56,217 nucleotides of DNA, taken from NCBI GenBank assembly GCA_001771185.1, contig METB01000001.1:252631-308847 (forward strand), in the 5' to 3' direction. The translations under genes and the position numbers were made by a program. Below, piece after piece: positions 1-7,782 of the stretch. The stretch is from a candidate division Kazan bacterium RIFCSPHIGHO2_01_FULL_44_14 (GTDB taxonomy: Bacteria > Patescibacteriota > Kazan-3B-28). The notes beneath the pieces were generated by a model. It made no database searches. It saw nothing but the letters and a program-made list of their open reading frames with translations, and was not told where the DNA came from. Every line of letters starts with the position of its first letter. Within the stretch, counting starts at the first letter, position 1.

Positions 1-795
1 CGCTAGAGTGAAAATGCCAATCGAATCACTATCTACCCGAAACCATTCCACCCCGAATCGCAAGCCACTATATAGTATCAGATACCAGGCCAGGATACTG
101 CCTGCCCGCTTGGGATGTAGCGTCATCCGTAGCAATACTATTAAAAGTGCTATGTCTAAAATCGATTCATAAATAAAAGTCGGATGGAAATAACGCTCCT
201 GCAAGAGTTGGATTGGTCTTAAACTGGGAGCCACATACATTTTCCAAGGTAATTGAGTTGGTCCGCCGAAGGCCTCTTGATTGAAAAAGTTGCCAAATCG
301 ACCGATGGCCTGACCCAACGCCAAGCCCGGTACGCTCAAATCGGCTAGTTGCCAAAAATTTAGTTTGGCCTTTGAAGCGTACCACAGCAAACTTCCGATT
401 CCACCCAACAACGCCCCATGGATACTTAGACCGCCCTGATTAAATAACAGTATCTCTTCGGGATGCAAAGAATAAATCGGCCACTTTAACATGACAAACA
501 GCAACCTGGCCCCAATTAGCCCACCCACAATCATCCAAATCGATGCTTCTAAAATCTGTTCAACAGTTACTCGACCGCGGGACAATCGCATCGTCAGCCA
601 AAAACCAGACCCGGTCGCAATCGCTAAAATCACGCCGTACCAATGAATCGGGAAATTACCGATCTGAAGCATAATTGGCGAGATCGGTTTGATTCCCTGC
701 CAGTAGGGGGCCAGCCAAATTCCCAGCCCCAAAATAATAACCGCAACCAGAGCGCTTTTTAGCCACCACCTCGATAATGGGCTATTGTTTTTCAT
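1..795 (-). CDS. lgt: Prolipoprotein diacylglyceryl transferase (3' end runs off the window; absent from the ORF track)
   Basis: Manual translation from ATG 795: ...IHWYGVI...GARLLFV...GGLSIHGALLGG...LGQAIGRFGNFFNQEAFG...HPTFIYES...RFGVEWFRVD, the Lgt signature motifs. Confidence 0.93.
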   Translation of the reverse strand, partial: MKNNSPLSRWWLKSALVAVIILGLGIWLAPYWQGIKPISPIMLQIGNFPIHWYGVILAIATGSGFWLTMRLSRGRVTVEQILEASIWMIVGGLIGARLLFVMLKWPIYSLHPEEILLFNQGGLSIHGALLGGIGSLLWYASKAKLNFWQLADLSVPGLALGQAIGRFGNFFNQEAFGGPTQLPWKMYVAPSLRPIQLLQERYFHPTFIYESILDIALLIVLLRMTLHPKRAGSILAWYLILYSGLRFGVEWFRVDSDSIGIFTLA

Positions 796-923
796 CTGCT
801 CTCATCTTATCATAGGGCGTTAAGGGGAAATGGCGCTGGGGACCAGGGCTTAGCCAATTAATCCAGTTTGGAAATTCTTAGCACTCCCCTATATAATGAT
901 TATGAATTGGTAAGAAAATTTGT

Positions 924-3281
924 TTGATGATGGAAGAAACAATCTCGGCGGTTAAAACTGATAAACAATTAGTCACCCGAGTGGGCAAAGTATTGTCTCA
1001 TGATAAAGCCAAGGGCGGATTTTCGACTTGCTTAATGTATGAACCGGACGAAGAAGCCCAAAAGGCCCATGGCTCGTTGTATTTTGTGGTGGACATCGGC
1101 AGTCCTTCTCCCCTCACGCCCGACATCGCTTACAACTTGATCGACATTGTCAAAGAAGAATATTACAGCGACCTGGAACTTTCGGCTAGCGAAAGTTTTG
1201 AAAATGCGCTTAAAGCGGCCAACGAAGAATTGGCAGCAATCGCCAAAGAGGGCGAGAAAGATTGGATCGGCAAACTCAATGTGATTGTAGCGGCAGTAGC
1301 GGATCGGGAAATTCATTTGGTTCAGCGCGGGACAGCCGAAGCTCACCTATTGCGGGGCAACAATATGATAAACTTGTCCAAGGGGATGTATACCCCTGGC
1401 GAGAGTTACCGGCCAGAGGAAACTTTACTGAACTTGATTGAAGGCGAATTGGAAGTAAACGACAAACTGATTGTCAGTACTTCGGAGTTGTTCTACTACA
1501 TCTCAATCGAGAAACTTCGTCGGATGATGGAAGGACAGACCCCAGCCCAGGCCGCCAAGCGGTTAGCTTCGGTTTTAGAGCAGGAAGATGAAATCCATCG
1601 GACTAGTGTGATGGTGGTTGAATTTTCCACCCCCGAATTGTTAGCTCAAGAAGAAGAAACCGAACCGGCCGAGAATTGGGTGGGCGAACCGCAGGAAGAA
1701 GCCCCGCGCCGGGCCAAAAAATTAAGTTTCTTTAAAGGCGGAACCACTACGACTTTGCCAGTTGAAGATAAGACCAAAACCGTGGCGGAAGCCCTGGAGA
1801 GTATTCCTCAAGAACAAATTTCCGAACCACCTCGCCCGACTGTGGTTGAGTCCAGGTTCACTCCAACCCTACCAAGAGAAGAATTGGTAATTGATGAAAC
1901 CAACGAACCCAGTTCTCATCCTAGCAAAGTTATGCGACCAAGCTTGGGACAGATTAAACCGAGTATTAACATCAGTGACTACCAAAAGAAAATCAAACTG
2001 AATTCTAACCAACTTCGCAACGCTGGAACGATTTTGTGGAAAATCCTCAAAGTGGCTGGATTGATTATCTTGACTGGAGTGGATGCGGTCTTTACCATCG
2101 TCAGCAACGCCGTCAAGAATATTAAGAAACGGCCTGGCGGAGATCGAATTCTCTTGGGTGTCGTGGTGGTGTTAATAATCGCAATCGTTGGTTCTACCCT
2201 GGCGTTTGCTAGTGGTCAGAGCAATCGGATCGGTTCAAAGAAAGCCATCACGGCTTTAGCCGACGCCCAACAAAAACGGGATGCCGCTCAAGCGGCTCTA
2301 ATTTATGAGGATACTGCTAAAGCCCGCGAACTTTTGACCGAGGCGTATTTGGCCGCCGAATCAGCCACCCATAACAAACGGACTCAAACCGAGGCCACAG
2401 TATTATTAGTCGAACTGCAGAAACAAATTGACAATGTTAGTAATGTTACCCGCTTCGTTGATGTTCAGCCAGTGGCCGACTTTGGCACACTCCAATCACA
2501 ACTAGCGTCCAGTGGAAATGCATCAGCCCAAGTTAAATTAGGAAACTTAATCGTATTGGGTGGCAATGTTTACACCATCGATCCAGACAATAACAAGGTC
2601 TATAAATACAAAGCCAGCAGTGGCGAGGTAGCCATCATCAACTCGCTGGTTTCGACTGACAAAAAATTCAAACTCGGCGCAGTTTTAAGCGAGACCGACC
2701 TGATGTTTTATACCACTCCCCCGCAGGTTTATTCACTCAATTTAGACAGCAACAGTATGGCAGTGAAAGGTCTGGATGCCGGAAGTTGGAACAATGCCGA
2801 TTCCATCATCCCTTATACCGATCGGCTGTATTTCTTGGATAGCGCCAATAATCAAATCTGGAAATATAAAGCCATCCCCGAGGGCTACACTCAAATCGCC
2901 CCATATTTCGAGAATAATGTTGGGACTGATTTAAGTGGCGCTCTGGACTTCGGGATTGAAGGCAATGTCTTCGTCTTACTGCTAAACAATGTAATCAAGA
3001 AGTTTAGCGGTGGAGGCGAAGTTCAGTTTGGTATCAACGGACTTCCGGGAGTTTACCCAGCGGTTGGCAACATTACCAGTTTATACATCAGCAACGATAC
3101 GCCGCTCTATCTACTGGATGCAACTAATCATCGGGTACTGGCCTTTGATACCGAAGGGACTTATGTCGCCCAGTACATTTACGACAATATTGATAATCCG
3201 ACCGATATGACAGTGGACCAAGCTGGAGGGTTTATTTACTTGAGTGCTGGGACAAAGGTATACCGTCTTCCTCTTAAATAA
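924..3281 (+). CDS. Membrane protein: N-terminal PP2C/PPM-like domain (probably inactive), Pro/Glu-rich linker, TM helix, coiled coil, C-terminal beta-propeller (NHL-like)
   Basis: 785-aa ORF with PP2C-like topology (LYFVVD, ENALKAAN, GxAEAHLLRG, GELEVNDKLIVST), hydrophobic ILLGVVVVLIIAIVGSTLAFA, and repeated YxxD...IxKY blades. Confidence 0.7.
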   Translation: MMMEETISAVKTDKQLVTRVGKVLSHDKAKGGFSTCLMYEPDEEAQKAHGSLYFVVDIGSPSPLTPDIAYNLIDIVKEEYYSDLELSASESFENALKAANEELAAIAKEGEKDWIGKLNVIVAAVADREIHLVQRGTAEAHLLRGNNMINLSKGMYTPGESYRPEETLLNLIEGELEVNDKLIVSTSELFYYISIEKLRRMMEGQTPAQAAKRLASVLEQEDEIHRTSVMVVEFSTPELLAQEEETEPAENWVGEPQEEAPRRAKKLSFFKGGTTTTLPVEDKTKTVAEALESIPQEQISEPPRPTVVESRFTPTLPREELVIDETNEPSSHPSKVMRPSLGQIKPSINISDYQKKIKLNSNQLRNAGTILWKILKVAGLIILTGVDAVFTIVSNAVKNIKKRPGGDRILLGVVVVLIIAIVGSTLAFASGQSNRIGSKKAITALADAQQKRDAAQAALIYEDTAKARELLTEAYLAAESATHNKRTQTEATVLLVELQKQIDNVSNVTRFVDVQPVADFGTLQSQLASSGNASAQVKLGNLIVLGGNVYTIDPDNNKVYKYKASSGEVAIINSLVSTDKKFKLGAVLSETDLMFYTTPPQVYSLNLDSNSMAVKGLDAGSWNNADSIIPYTDRLYFLDSANNQIWKYKAIPEGYTQIAPYFENNVGTDLSGALDFGIEGNVFVLLLNNVIKKFSGGGEVQFGINGLPGVYPAVGNITSLYISNDTPLYLLDATNHRVLAFDTEGTYVAQYIYDNIDNPTDMTVDQAGGFIYLSAGTKVYRLPLK

Positions 3282-3297
3282 CCGCGAAATCGTTTTT

Positions 3298-3716
3298 CTG
3301 TCATTCTGATTTTGCTATCCAGCAGAAGAAGAATCTAGACCGTGAGGTCTTTTTTGTATGTTTTAATTTGTTTCCCCGAGGGACCGAGGGGTTACCTTAT
3401 TATTTTCTTTTTCGAGCGCATAACGGCGCTCGACCCATTCCCGCTTTGTCTTGGCAAAGCGGGGTAAACCGCTTCCGCAGTCGCCCTCTTTATTTATCTA
3501 ATGAAATCCCCTTACTGCTCTCGCCAAACTTGCCGTCCTAATTTTTTTGTCATTCTGAGCGAAGTCGAAGAATCTAAAAAATTAGGACGACTTCGAACAG
3601 CTGGCTTCACGACGGCAATGACTTGGATTCAGGACACTCGGGCTCCAATGCTCGGTGGAGATAAGACAAACAACTAATCCTCTTCAGTCATCCCCGCCTA
3701 CGAGTGGGAATCCAGA
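3298..3716. repeat. Intergenic cluster of GTCAT-type REP-like palindromes
   Basis: gtcattctga...gaagaatctag (~3300); gtcattctgagcgaagtcgaagaatct (~3550) inside the inverted repeat cgtcctaattttt/aaaaattaggacg; gtcatccccgcctacgagtgggaatcc (~3688). Confidence 0.75.
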
Positions 3717-3746
3717 CAATAAAACTAAATCTGCAATAATAGATTA

Positions 3747-4187
3747 GTGAGTATCCTCAACCGTCAGGCACATTTTAATTACACCATTCTCGATACCCTC
3801 GAGGCGGGTTTGGTGTTGACTGGCAGTGAAGTAAAATCTATCCGGGCCGGACAAGTCAGTTTACAAGAGGCCTTTGCTAAAATCCGTGGGGGCGAGGCCT
3901 GGCTAATAAATTGCCACATCGCCCCCTATAAACAGTCAGCCGACCAGGACTTGGAACCGACTCGCGCCCGCAAGTTGCTATTGTCCAAAAAGGAAATTAC
4001 TTCGCTCGACCACAAGCTTTCAACTGAAGGGTTGACATTGGTTCCATTAAAATTCTATTTCAAAAAGAATCGAGTCAAAGTTGAACTCGGGCTAGGTCGG
4101 GGCAAGAAAAAATTTGATAAACGGGAAACCATCAAACGCCGAGAAACAGAACGAGAGACCAGACGGAAGATTGGAAAAAAGATGTAA
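3747..4187 (+). CDS. smpB: SsrA-binding protein SmpB
   Basis: NRQAHFNYTILDTLEAGLVLTGSEVKSIR, RARKLLL, GLGRGKKKFDKRETIK; GTG start; near ssrA. Confidence 0.98.
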   Translation: MSILNRQAHFNYTILDTLEAGLVLTGSEVKSIRAGQVSLQEAFAKIRGGEAWLINCHIAPYKQSADQDLEPTRARKLLLSKKEITSLDHKLSTEGLTLVPLKFYFKKNRVKVELGLGRGKKKFDKRETIKRRETERETRRKIGKKM

Positions 4188-4191
4188 GAAA

Positions 4192-4221
4192 AAGCCGTTC
4201 TGCTGACCAGCAGAACGGCTT
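4192..4221. terminator. Hairpin between convergent genes (likely terminator)
   Basis: Perfect 14-bp stem aagccgttctgctg/cagcagaacggctt immediately after the smpB stop. Confidence 0.65.
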
Positions 4222-4224
4222 AAT

Positions 4225-4395
4225 TTAAAAAGTACGACTCTCCTCTAATTCTGGCATCCGAAAAGGCGTTGGCAGAATCGCGACGGTGGCACTTACTTGC
4301 AAATCGGCTAGTTTATCTGGCTCGATTTCTGATTTACCGTGTCCCAATACCAGTAGGATTCCGATGATAAACACAGAGAAAATTAATCCTCTCAT
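4225..4395 (-). CDS. Small (56 aa) secreted/membrane protein, below the ORF-track cutoff
   Basis: MRGLIFSVFIIGILLVLGHGKSEIEPDKLADLQVSATVAILPTPFRMPELEESRTF*; GGAGG RBS at 4401-4405; directly follows the 4405..4656 ORF. Confidence 0.6.
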   Translation of the reverse strand: MRGLIFSVFIIGILLVLGHGKSEIEPDKLADLQVSATVAILPTPFRMPELEESRTF

Positions 4396-4404
4396 CTCTA
4401 CCTC

Positions 4405-4656
4405 CTAAACGGCTTCACAGTACACAGCCCGGCCGTCTTGCAAAACCCCAAATGCTTGGCGGTGGGGATTGTAAATGTCATGCGGTCCGTCGCCAAAACT
4501 ATCCAAAAATGGTCCTTCGACAAACTGCTTGTCCGTGCAGAGTTGGTCGAATTCCGCTTTCGGTAATTCTATCTGTTCACGGATACCCTTATCCTTATCG
4601 CGGAAAAATTGGGCACAACCAAATCTGGGCTCGTTTTTCTCGTTTTCTTCACTCAC
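4405..4656 (-). CDS. Hypothetical protein (83 aa)
   Basis: GTG start with GGAGG RBS 7 nt upstream; protein-like composition; tandem with 4225..4395. Confidence 0.6.
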   Translation of the reverse strand: MSEENEKNEPRFGCAQFFRDKDKGIREQIELPKAEFDQLCTDKQFVEGPFLDSFGDGPHDIYNPHRQAFGVLQDGRAVYCEAV

Positions 4657-4813
4657 TCACATCCCTCCAATTTCAAAGAACTTCTTAGGTACTCCTAAGA
4701 CGAATTTACTTTACATCTAAACCCAAAAATCCGCAACTGGTGCTTATATTCTCGGTTAGTGGCAACGCCATGCTGTTCAACAGAATCTACGACTGGGGAA
4801 ATCCTTCCTGCGT

Positions 4814-5059
4814 TCAATCTCGAAACAGATGTTTATTGGCAAAGGCCTTGCCAGAATGTGATTTTAGGTATTGCTCAAATTCTTTAGCAGTATTCTGTTT
4901 CTCAAAAGCTGAATAAAAAATCAAATCCCAGGGTTTGTATTTGGCAGTATATTTCGACTGTCCTGTATTGTGAGCCTTTACTCTTTGCTTTAACTCATTG
5001 CTAAATCCAACATAAATCCTACCATCAACATGGCTTCTGATAGTATAAACGTAATACAT
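4814..5059 (-). CDS. Small GIY-YIG nuclease (SLX1/UPF0213-like), copy A
   Basis: MYYVYTIRSHVDGRIYVGFSNELKQRVKAHNTG...KPW...E; the likely start is ATG 5059, since the longer track ORF reads through a repeat leader. Confidence 0.9.
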   Translation of the reverse strand: MYYVYTIRSHVDGRIYVGFSNELKQRVKAHNTGQSKYTAKYKPWDLIFYSAFEKQNTAKEFEQYLKSHSGKAFANKHLFRD

Positions 5060-5243
5060 ATTTTGATTATATGCCCATGCTTCGTTCTGTGAACTACGCA
5101 GGGCAGGTTCGCTCCCTGGGTGCGACTCTACTGTTTCAATCAAAACGAAAACAGCCCGAAAGGGCTTTTCCGTTTTGGTGGTGCATTCTGGATGAAGTGG
5201 GAACTTGGTTGAGGGAAAATGGTCGGCAATTCGACCAGCTGTC

Positions 5244-6476
5244 TTACGATTTTTGTAGTAGAACCGCTGTTGTTTGAAGATCAGTTTTGTATTGTAAAGT
5301 CCTGGGGGTGGAATGTAGCCCTAACTGCCCAGCAAGACCAGACACTTCTTCCGGAGTAATTCCTTTTTGGAAAGTTTGCTTACCGGGGTGAGACCAATAG
5401 CCGTCGTTATGGGTCTGCCAATGTTTCTTCGCTACTTCCGACTCTATCGCTTTGAGAGAACGGGTTACAACCAGGAGTTTACCGGCTGGGTTGAGGTACT
5501 CGGCTGCTTGTTTAAGCACCTTCAACCTTTCTGCCATAGTGGGCAGAACATTCAATACGAATATGAGAGTTACTAAATCGTATTTGCTGTCTGGGAGCTT
5601 ACCCCAACCGAAAGGTATGTGAGGGTCAAACCCATCGGCAACTAAACCAGATTTGCGATAATGCTCTACATCTCTCCCGTAACCGCAACCATAGTCCAAA
5701 ATTGATTTGATGCCTTGTGTAGTCACTAATGTATCAGTTACCCAATGAGCAAATGGAGAAGCTATTTTGCGAGGGATTGCAGTTTTATAAGAAGCTACAC
5801 TCTTTTCTACAAAATTTAATACCTGGGCGGAATGATCAGTAAACCTATGCTCACCCTCCCTAACGGTATGGTCGTATTGAAAAGTTGTTTGCAGAATAAA
5901 TACGGGATCTACCAAGGTAAGGTCACATCGGAAACAAATCTCCTGATTGAGCCTATTTCGTTTTATAGTAAACCCCTTCCCGTGCCCAGCATCGCTATAA
6001 GCTCGGCTACTTATTAGTTCTTGGAACGAACCTCGATCCAACTCGGAATTAAAGTTACTAATGTTTGTACCCACAAGACCATCCTCAGGCAAGGGCGCCA
6101 GATTAAAGTCACCCATCAAAAAAGCTGGCTCGTTGTTCAGTCGCTTTAACTCTTGAAGCTGTTCTGCCCGTTTGGCGCAAGTGTAAGCATCAAGATAAAC
6201 ATTAAAAAGTGGTACCCCTTGAAATACAATTTTCTGTACATAGGGCAAATTCAGCTCAACCCTCCCATTGCTGCCAGAGTTCAACCATATTGCCAGATTG
6301 GTGTTGGAGACCAGTAGCGACATTCCTGGTATATGCAAAACTTCGTTGCTCGGTTGCTTGGATGGCTCTTGCACCAGGAGAACATCAGGATTGATACCGC
6401 CTAACCATTCCAGAAACTCGCTCTTGGCAACAGGATTGCCCATCCTCTTATTTAAATTGATTGAAACTACTCTCAT
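5244..6476 (-). CDS. Fusion of an EEP (DNase I/ExoIII-like) nuclease/phosphatase and a class I SAM methyltransferase
   Basis: EEP motifs SINLN, LVQEP, GDFN, RCD, TDH; MTase motifs ILDYGCGYGRD, GFDP, VLNVL...ER, TFQK. Confidence 0.85.
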   Translation of the reverse strand: MRVVSINLNKRMGNPVAKSEFLEWLGGINPDVLLVQEPSKQPSNEVLHIPGMSLLVSNTNLAIWLNSGSNGRVELNLPYVQKIVFQGVPLFNVYLDAYTCAKRAEQLQELKRLNNEPAFLMGDFNLAPLPEDGLVGTNISNFNSELDRGSFQELISSRAYSDAGHGKGFTIKRNRLNQEICFRCDLTLVDPVFILQTTFQYDHTVREGEHRFTDHSAQVLNFVEKSVASYKTAIPRKIASPFAHWVTDTLVTTQGIKSILDYGCGYGRDVEHYRKSGLVADGFDPHIPFGWGKLPDSKYDLVTLIFVLNVLPTMAERLKVLKQAAEYLNPAGKLLVVTRSLKAIESEVAKKHWQTHNDGYWSHPGKQTFQKGITPEEVSGLAGQLGLHSTPRTLQYKTDLQTTAVLLQKS

Positions 6477-6542
6477 ATATCAAGGATATCAGTTCCAATA
6501 ACACTTTGCTGTCATAAAATAAACTAATCCCACAAAGGAGAT

Positions 6543-6785
6543 TTAGAATAGGCGCTTGTTGGCAAAGGCTTTACCGGAACCAGCTTTCAAGTAGGTTTCG
6601 AATTTTTCAGCTTGAGTCTTGGTCTTGAAGGCGATATAGCAAACCACATCCCAAGGTTTGAATTTACTGGTGTGGGGAGATTGTCCGGCATTGTGAGATT
6701 TTAGTCGTGCTTTCAAATCGGAAGAACTGCCAATGTATGTTTGGGATTTATCTTTATGACTTTTGAGCAAATAAACATAATACAC
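6543..6785 (-). CDS. Small GIY-YIG nuclease, copy B
   Basis: MYYVYLLKSHKDKSQTYIGSSSDLKARLKSHNAG...KPW...SGKAFANKRLF; GTG start; clear paralogue of copy A. Confidence 0.9.
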   Translation of the reverse strand: MYYVYLLKSHKDKSQTYIGSSSDLKARLKSHNAGQSPHTSKFKPWDVVCYIAFKTKTQAEKFETYLKAGSGKAFANKRLF

Positions 6786-6923
6786 ACTTTTAGTATGCTC
6801 TACTACGTTCTGCTTTACAGCAGAACTTCGAAGGGCAACCTTCGCTATTTATCTCTACATAAAATCTGTGCCATCAGCACACCTTGAGCGGCGCAGCCAA
6901 CCGTAGCTCGATAGAGCGAAGGT

Positions 6924-7297
6924 TGGTGGAGCTGGGGGGATTCGCACCCCCGTCCAGCGAACGATATCTACTAGCTTCTACATACATAGTCGATTTGTTG
7001 GGTATCCATTGTTATCCTCAAACCGACAAAGCAATAACAACTTAAGCCACTATTATCTTAGTTCTACCCAATGGCCGAGTAGAAAGCGGCTCGAATAATA
7101 TAACACCGCTATTCCACCCATCCGAGCAGAGGTGGGAGCGATGGCACTAGCAATTAGGCCAGTGCTGGCGCGAAAGCAAAGCTTTCGCTAAATGCTTTGT
7201 TGGCATTTGTAGTTTGGTGTGATTTTGCGTTACGACACCACTAACGGTATGCGACCAAGTAGTTATCAAAGTCCACTGTCGAAAGCTATACAGCCCC
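6924..7297 (-). ncRNA. ssrA: tmRNA (one-piece, ~374 nt), predicted tag (A)ANKAFSESFAFAPALA
   Basis: 5' GGGGCTGTATAGCTTTCGAC; 3' GGACGGGGGTGCGAATCCCCCCAGCTCCACCA; acceptor GGGGCTG/CAGCTCC with G3.U70; tag frame 7204..7154. Confidence 0.95.
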
Positions 7298-7419
7298 ATA
7301 ATCTGCACGCGGACAGTGTAGTCCCCCCTTCCCTGCTGGTCAAGAGATGTGATTTGACACACAACCATATCAGGATTAGGATGGCGGCGGTTGTTAATTT
7401 GTTCCTTTTGGGAGGAATC

Positions 7420-7743
7420 ATGGCAATATACCAAGAGCCACTTTCGCTCACAACAATGATTTCACGGTTCGGCCTACTGATAACCGTCGAAATCGCTCAC
7501 TGCCGTGGCTGGTTGAAAAATGTATTACCAGAGTTGGCTCTCCTGGAACTCACACGGTTGTCTGGGCAGACAACCGGAGAGCTTCGATTGACCATCATAG
7601 CCGAGATAGAGCAACGCCAGAAAACTCGCGAGTTTTCGTCGCAATATCCTTCTCCGCCGATTCTTCCAGAGTCGACTGTTGTTAATCTAGAGCGAACTGC
7701 GCGAGTCCAAGAACTGGCTTACACGATCGAGCTCTATGTCTAG
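7420..7743 (+). CDS. Hypothetical protein (107 aa)
   Basis: GGAGG RBS then ATG 7420 (the longer track ORF overlaps tmRNA antisense); followed by a terminator. Confidence 0.55.
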   Translation: MAIYQEPLSLTTMISRFGLLITVEIAHCRGWLKNVLPELALLELTRLSGQTTGELRLTIIAEIEQRQKTREFSSQYPSPPILPESTVVNLERTARVQELAYTIELYV

Positions 7744-7752
7744 GTCTAGTGC

Positions 7753-7782
7753 GACGGGCTGATTATCAGCCCGTCTTTTTTT
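7753..7782 (+). terminator. Intrinsic terminator
   Basis: gacgggctgat-t-atcagcccgtc followed by a T run. Confidence 0.75.

Noticed and set aside
167-385. 72-aa minus-strand ORF, or a frameshifted lgt
   Set aside because: It is an alternative frame inside lgt; the lgt frame is open from 795 to the window edge.
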